31,528 bases of DNA, from NCBI GenBank assembly GCA_049510745.1, contig JBEKYR010000054.1, positions 1 through 31,528 on the forward strand, read 5' to 3'. Positions 27,501 through 31,528 of the stretch are shown in pieces. A program made the position numbers and the translations under genes. Position 1 is the first letter of the stretch. Each line of letters begins with the position of its first letter. This stretch comes from Verrucomicrobiota bacterium. GTDB taxonomy: Bacteria > Verrucomicrobiota > Verrucomicrobiia > Limisphaerales > Palsa-1400. The notes beneath the pieces are model-generated. The model saw nothing but the letters and a program-made list of their open reading frames with translations, had not been told where the DNA came from and searched no databases.

Positions 27501-28151
27501 CCCGGAGCCACCCGAAGGTTCAGCGCCCCCCTCCGGCGCAATCGGCGCCTTCTTAAAATTGGCGTGCGGCGCGCTGAAGTTGTCCAGACCCTCGATCGCC
27601 AGGACCGGAATGCCCGCGTCGATGGATGGAGCCGCATCCGGGCAATAAAAGGCGCGGGGTTCCGTCGGATGTTGATAAACGCGGATGTTCACGCGGAGAA
27701 CCCGGCGAATATCCGCCACCGAGGCGCTCACCTCCAGCAGCGTCCGATTCGGGTGCAGGCCCGTGACTTGGAAATGATTGGCGCGGGCGAAATCAATGAG
27801 AGCCTGGTAATCCTGCTTTGTGGGACCAAATTGATCCGCGAATTCCGCCGGACTCAAATACCGGTGAAATTTCGGGCTGGCCGGATCGTAAATCTGTTGA
27901 ACCAGGCTGGCCAGAGCTTCCCTATGGCGCAACGGCAGGCCGACGGTCAGGTTCAGACGTGCGGCATCCGGCAGAGAACCAATCGGTTGCATATGAGCCG
28001 CCGCAGCCGGCACGCCCCCTGGCAATGACTGCCTTTCGGCTGTTTGACCCGCCATGCCGAAGCAAAGCGATAAGAGCAACTGAGCGCTGACGAACTTCCG
28101 GCCAACCCAGTACTCCCTGTTGACGGCTTGCGGATACACGGGTTTCCTCAT
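24483..28151 (-). CDS. Secreted sedolisin/kumamolisin (peptidase S53) multidomain protein: prodomain, catalytic domain, BACON-like repeats, CBM-like, IPT/TIG, MBG-like and C-terminal ...FYRV domain
   Basis: Prodomain (YDPASPKFHRYLSPAEFADQFGP); catalytic EVAAD, SADFG, GTSAAAPLWAG; Ca-site GYDLCTGWGTP; IPT start PTLGGITPSAGPVAGGT. ATG 28151 chosen as the start. Confidence 0.88.
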   Translation of the reverse strand: MRKPVYPQAVNREYWVGRKFVSAQLLLSLCFGMAGQTAERQSLPGGVPAAAAHMQPIGSLPDAARLNLTVGLPLRHREALASLVQQIYDPASPKFHRYLSPAEFADQFGPTKQDYQALIDFARANHFQVTGLHPNRTLLEVSASVADIRRVLRVNIRVYQHPTEPRAFYCPDAAPSIDAGIPVLAIEGLDNFSAPHANFKKAPIAPEGGAEPSGGSGPGGGYIGKDFRAAYAPGVTLTGRGQTAALVEFDGYYPSDIAAYESKAGLSSVTLSNVLVDGFGGAPSFQNSEVAADIDLLVSMAPGLSKILVYEESVFSPVDDLLNRIATDNLAAQISCSWIFISVDAVTDQIFQQFAAQGQSFFCASADFGADPPGQVSAPTGDPYITVVGGTVLSTTGTNGPWQSETVWSGSSGGFTTNYAIPSWQAGISMATNQGSTAYRNLPDVAMCAFNVFLIADDNTSESFYGTSAAAPLWAGFTALVNQQAAKYGNGPVGFLNPALYAIGAGAGYATNFHDITIGNNTNANSPNAYFAARGYDLCTGWGTPNGSNLINTLAPPDTLVMLPVAGFISSGPGGGPFNVTAENFLLTNEGTASLSWCLQSDAPWLSAWPTNGSLSPGATASVLVNLNAASNLLVGSYTAHLTLTNLGNGLLHHRSFTLQISDPLTLSPAAGYEFDGPPSGPFNAAAILCRLTNASQVAVNWNVVTNPPWLDVSPTNGVLGPFGAAVVNCSLNVAATNLPAGAWSAGVLFSNNTFAAGESLPLLFMIGQLVQNGGFETGDLTGWTLNGDTAYVSASTYDGAIHSGAYGAFLVNNGALGYLSQTIPTIPGQMYSVSLWLDSSDGATPNGFQVSWEGNVVYNETNLPGIGWTNLQFTLAATNPYSVLQIGFANAASFFGLDDISVTAAPPTLGGITPSAGPVAGGTTLTITGSGFQGHAAVAFGSVAAAAVTFNSATNLTVVTPASSTVGAVNVALTNADGQSAVLTNGFVFVGTPVITWTNPPALTYGGALGAAQLNASANVPGAFSYVPPAGTVLNAGSNLLSAAFTPNDSTDYYSVTDFVSLVVSPAPLSVTASNATRSYGITNPVFTGVIAGLRNGDNITASYGCGATSVSPAGTYPIIPNLADPGGRLPDYQVTIVDGTLTILAPVLPVFQAAFQSGNRIAFSWAATAGANYQVQYNSCLTATNWADLGGPITATNATVTVTDPVTDAQRFYRVLQVPQ

Positions 28152-28168
28152 CAATCGGTTCCAGGGTG

Positions 28169-28205
28169 AAAAAAAGAGAGGCAGAACAACTTGTTCCGCC
28201 TCTCT
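28169..28205 (-). terminator. Rho-independent terminator after the VPDSG-CTERM gene
   Basis: Minus strand AGAGAGGCGGAACAA-G-TTGTTCTGCCTCTCT followed by a T-run. Confidence 0.85.
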
Positions 28206-28233
28206 GTCAATGTGAAACTTGATGAGCGTGCGC

Positions 28234-28917
28234 TTAGCCGCGCTTGGCGCCAAACTTCGAGCGGAGTCCGGCCAGGCCCAGCAGCACGGAACCAACCATG
28301 CTCAGCGTCATTCCGCCGTCAGGCGTAGTCACCCTGAAGGTGGCATCCAGATTAGCAAATTCGTTGTGCCCCGGATGAATCGAGTTCTGCGAAGGATCGC
28401 CAACAATCAGAACTTCGTTCAGGTAATACGAACCGCTGATCGTTCCCGAATCCTGTTTGGCCGTGGGCGCCATGGCCAGAGCCAAGGTTGATCCCAACTG
28501 CGTCCCAAGCGACCCGCCTGCGATGTAAAGTGTCGGACTCTCCCAGGCTTGGGCTTGAGCGGTCAAAGACTCGCCGCCCGGATCACTCGCTCCAAAGGTC
28601 CACTTGCCATCTTGGCCGTACTGTCCGCTGCTGTAGATGACTTCCAATCCGGCAGTTTGCAGTCCGGCATTCTGAGAGAGGTCGTTCAAACCAACAACCA
28701 GCGATCCAGAAGATGTTCCTGTGGCGATATCCAAGTCCCAAGAGCCAACAGTTCCAGCCCAGGTGATACCATTCGGTCCAAGGTTTGCGGCCGGGATGAT
28801 CACCGAGCTAGTGCCGGAAATCAGTTCCATGTAGGCATTGGCCTTCGCCACTGAAGCACTCGCCAAGAGAGCTCCCGTCAGCGCCACCGTCGTTATTAAG
28901 GTTTTTGTTTTCATCAT
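28234..28917 (-). CDS. Exported VPDSG-CTERM (PEP-CTERM-like, exosortase target) protein
   Basis: AAGGA SD and ATG 28917; signal peptide MMKTKTLITTVALTGALLASASVAKA; Ser/Thr/Gly-rich body; C-terminal TPDGGMTLSMVGSVLLGLAGLRSKFGAKRG. Confidence 0.85.
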   Translation of the reverse strand: MMKTKTLITTVALTGALLASASVAKANAYMELISGTSSVIIPAANLGPNGITWAGTVGSWDLDIATGTSSGSLVVGLNDLSQNAGLQTAGLEVIYSSGQYGQDGKWTFGASDPGGESLTAQAQAWESPTLYIAGGSLGTQLGSTLALAMAPTAKQDSGTISGSYYLNEVLIVGDPSQNSIHPGHNEFANLDATFRVTTPDGGMTLSMVGSVLLGLAGLRSKFGAKRG

Positions 28918-29007
28918 TTTATCCTTTTCTTTCTTTAGTTTCACATTGTTCTGCGTTACTTGTCTCACCTTCTGTGCTGTTACGCACATTTGTCTGCAAG
29001 GTTCATA

Positions 29008-29024
29008 TGCAAGCCGCGTGCCAA
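29008..29024 (-). promoter_or_regulatory. Sigma54 (RpoN) -24/-12 promoter
   Basis: Minus strand TTGGCACG-CGGC-TTGCA matches the TGGCACG-N4-TTGC(A/T) consensus. Confidence 0.88.
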
Positions 29025-29133
29025 CATCCAAACCTTTGTTCAAGCACCCTTGAATAATGACATAACATACTTATATTCAACCGCTTATCAAATCAACCTT
29101 TTTCCCGTTCCTACCTCCACTCACAGGCCAATC

Positions 29134-29241
29134 CGTAAAGGCTTTCGACAAAAACGCCCGTAAATGCCTCATTGCCAGATGTAAGATCATAACAATCAAC
29201 CATTTGCAAAGTGATTTTGATTTGTGTAAGGAGTTCCGACG
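29134..29241. promoter_or_regulatory. Two related 17-bp candidate enhancer-binding sites with an IHF-consensus site between them
   Basis: CGTAAAGGCTTTCGACA (29134-29150) and TGTAAGGAGTTCCGACG (29225-29241); AATCAACCATTTG (29194-29206) fits WATCAANNNNTTR. Confidence 0.55.
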
Positions 29242-29269
29242 TGTTCACAAGCCCTTCCAATTTGCTTCT

Positions 29270-30376
29270 CTATAGTGCTCCGGCCACCAGATCCCCAACG
29301 CCGCAAGTCGTGTATCCCATCTTCCCCGCCGCCAGGCTCTTGATCTTCTCGCGCGTCACCTTAACTACCGCCGCTTCAATGGCTTGCGCGGCTTTGGCTT
29401 CGCCCAGGAAATCCAGCATCATCTGCCCGGCGCAGATCGCCGCCAAGGGATTAATCACTCCTTTTCCGGTGTATTTAGGCGCACTCCCCCCAATCGGCTC
29501 AAACATGCTTGTTCCCTCCGGATTGATGTTGCCGCCCGCCGCAATACCCATTCCGCCCTGCACCATTGCCCCCAAATCGGTGATTATATCGCCAAACATA
29601 TTATCTGTAACGATAACGTCAAACCACTCCGGGTTTTTCACGAACCACATCGTTGTCGCATCCACGTGCGCGTATTCCCGTTTGACATCCGCAAACTCCT
29701 TTTGGCCAATGGCATGGAATACGCGCTCCCACAGGTCAAACGCGTACGTCAACACGTTGGTCTTGCCGCAAAGGGTCAATTGCGACTTCTTTCCGGCCGC
29801 GATGTCTTCCGCCTTTAATCCGTGCCAGGGTTTGCCGCCGCGGCGTTTGCGGGCCAGTTCGAACGCGAACCGCAGGCAGCGCGCCACACCGCGATGCGTA
29901 TTGACGCTCTCTTGGATGGCGATTTCATTTGGCGTGCCTTTGAAGACGAATCCGCCCGAACCGGTGTAAAGCCCCTCGTTGTTCTCGCGCACGACGACGA
30001 AGTCGATGTCCTCCGGCTTTTTGTCCTTCAGCGGGCAAAACCGTTCGTCGTAGAGCTTGACCGGGCGGAGGTTGATGTATTGCTCCAGCTCGAAACGCAG
30101 CCGCAGCAGGATGCCCTTTTCCAGGATGCCGGGCTTCACCCCCGGATGGCCGATGGCGCCGAGGAGGATCGCCGGGAACTGGCGCAACTCCCCGACCACG
30201 CTGTCCGGCAGGGCCTCGTTGGTCCGCAGGTAACGTTCGCCCCCCAGGTCGTAGTGGGTGAAATTGAATTTGATCTTGAATTTCGGCCCGGCCGCTTCGA
30301 GCACCTTGATCGCTTCGCGAATGACTTCCGGCCCGGTGCCGTCTCCGGCAATGACTGCAATGTTGTAACTCTTCAT
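29270..30376 (-). CDS. leuB: 3-isopropylmalate dehydrogenase
   Basis: [22 protein letters not shown]...[44 protein letters not shown]. Confidence 0.85.
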   Translation of the reverse strand: MKSYNIAVIAGDGTGPEVIREAIKVLEAAGPKFKIKFNFTHYDLGGERYLRTNEALPDSVVGELRQFPAILLGAIGHPGVKPGILEKGILLRLRFELEQYINLRPVKLYDERFCPLKDKKPEDIDFVVVRENNEGLYTGSGGFVFKGTPNEIAIQESVNTHRGVARCLRFAFELARKRRGGKPWHGLKAEDIAAGKKSQLTLCGKTNVLTYAFDLWERVFHAIGQKEFADVKREYAHVDATTMWFVKNPEWFDVIVTDNMFGDIITDLGAMVQGGMGIAAGGNINPEGTSMFEPIGGSAPKYTGKGVINPLAAICAGQMMLDFLGEAKAAQAIEAAVVKVTREKIKSLAAGKMGYTTCGVGDLVAGAL

Positions 30377-30403
30377 TTTTCCATTTCAAAACCGCGGAAG
30401 GCG

Positions 30404-30431
30404 ATGCTAAAGAATTGCCCCGCGCTGGCAA
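30404..30431 (-). promoter_or_regulatory. Sigma70-type promoter of leuB
   Basis: Minus strand TTGCCA-16 bp-TAGCAT. Confidence 0.5.
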
Positions 30432-30676
30432 GCGCGCATTTTCCCGCCCTAATCAAACGCACAGTCCATGCCAATCAACGCCAGTCCCGGCGGTTCAATG
30501 TTTGGGCTTGAACTTGTCCCTCCATGAGCGCATTCCTCAGGACATGCTTGTTTACCGCAAGTTCGCCGACGGCCTGTTCGCCGGCTCGGAAGAAGACAGG
30601 GACCGCACTGCCAGCCCCAGGCATACATTGAAACAAGCCCGAAACTGAAACCAAAAACCGAACCACGGAGAAACTT

Positions 30677-31447
30677 ATGGAACAACTCATGCAATTGATT
30701 CTAAAAATCGGCACGGGAGTGTTTGTCTTGTTCATCGTCGCGGCCATCCTGTTGCCGCAGGCCATCCGGATTTTGCGCGAATACGAGCGCGGCGTGATCT
30801 TCCGGCTGGGCAAACTGCTCGGCGCCAAAGGGCCGGGATTGATTTTCCTGATTCCCGTCGTGGACCGCATCGTGAAAATTGATCTGCGCGTCGTAACCAT
30901 TGACGTGCCCAAGCAGGAAGTCATGACCAGGGACAACGTGCCGGCCACAGTGGACGCGGTGGTTTATTTCCGCGTCGTGGACCCGAACGCGGCGGTGGTG
31001 AAGGTGGAAGATTATTGGAAGGCCACTTCGCTCATCGCGCAAACGACCTTGCGCAGCGTGCTCGGCCAGTCGCCCCTGGACGATCTGCTCTCGCAGCGCG
31101 ACGTGATCAATCTGAAATTGCAGGAGATTATTGACAAGCAAACCGAGCCGTGGGGCGTCAAGGTCACCTCGGTCGAGGTCAAGGAAGTGGCGCTGCCGGA
31201 CAGTATGAAACGCGCCATGGCCAAGCAGGCCGAAGCCGAACGCGAACGCCGCGCCAAGGTCGTCAACGCCGAAGGCGAATTCCAGGCCGCCGAAAAAATG
31301 GTGCAAGCCGCCGCCATGATCGCCAAGGAGCCGATTGCGCTCCAACTGCGCTATCTCCAGACCATGCGCGAAATGGCCAGTGAGCACAACACGACGACCT
31401 TCCTGCCCCTGCCGATTGATCTGTTCACCGCGTTTTTGAAAAAATAG
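30677..31447 (+). CDS. SPFH/band 7 (stomatin-like, slipin) protein
   Basis: EYERGVIFRLG, GPGLIFLIP, DLRVVTIDVP.QEV.TRDNV, AQTTLRSVLG, AEAERERRAK, LQLRYLQT. Confidence 0.95.
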   Translation: MEQLMQLILKIGTGVFVLFIVAAILLPQAIRILREYERGVIFRLGKLLGAKGPGLIFLIPVVDRIVKIDLRVVTIDVPKQEVMTRDNVPATVDAVVYFRVVDPNAAVVKVEDYWKATSLIAQTTLRSVLGQSPLDDLLSQRDVINLKLQEIIDKQTEPWGVKVTSVEVKEVALPDSMKRAMAKQAEAERERRAKVVNAEGEFQAAEKMVQAAAMIAKEPIALQLRYLQTMREMASEHNTTTFLPLPIDLFTAFLKK

Positions 31448-31484
31448 GCCACGGCTGGCTCATGAAACCTTTCAGGGAACCCCC

Positions 31485-31528
31485 GGACGCGCGGCAGCGC
31501 GTCCCTACCAGATTTCGCGAGGTAGGGA
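31485..31528. repeat. GTAG-family REP element plus the start of an inverted copy (REPIN/BIME-like)
   Basis: Reverse complement of 31485-31509 is GGTAG-GGACGCGCTGCCGCGCGTCC (GTAG + palindrome); GGTAGGGA begins again at 31521. Confidence 0.7.

Noticed and set aside
28152..28295. ORF-track start of the S53 protease at 28295
   Set aside because: It overlaps the VPDSG-CTERM gene end and crosses its terminator.
28918..29043. Longer N-terminus of the VPDSG-CTERM protein
   Set aside because: It spans the sigma54 promoter; the SD and signal peptide point to ATG 28917/28914.
30415..30694. Short ORFs between leuB and the SPFH gene
   Set aside because: No recognisable motif, start context or codon bias; a gene remnant cannot be excluded.

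Overview
GC-rich bacterial chromosomal segment, most consistent with Verrucomicrobiota (Pedosphaerales-like). This is inferred from the VPDSG/PEP-CTERM tails, the ...FYRV C-terminal domain and the intergenic repeat style. The backbone is housekeeping: nadA 3' end, MidA-like methyltransferase, pilT/pilT2, tlyA, nadK, LacI, Smr, HAD, RNase H-like, CDF, dtd, lysC, leuB and SPFH. The best candidate for an under-described system is a 4-gene minus-strand cluster (YkuD-like enzyme, SpmA-SpmB fusion, APC permease, Amidase_2-like enzyme), probably for peptidoglycan remodelling or recycling in a non-sporulating bacterium. Other points of interest: (1) an MFS + Type IIG R-M block with an apparently swapped specificity region, bounded by gene scars missed or misread by the ORF track (truncated ABC ATPase; DUF3486-like stub fused to an orphan PEP-CTERM tail); (2) a hidden antitoxin plus an internally deleted PIN toxin in the nadK-lacI gap; (3) a VPDSG-CTERM gene with a complete sigma54/IHF/enhancer/terminator layout, next to an S53 protease and a TMTC-like glycosyltransferase; (4) a LeuB with an NADP-type KY cofactor motif. 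No tRNA, rRNA, CRISPR array or integrase was seen. All family calls come from motif recognition by eye, not database searches.
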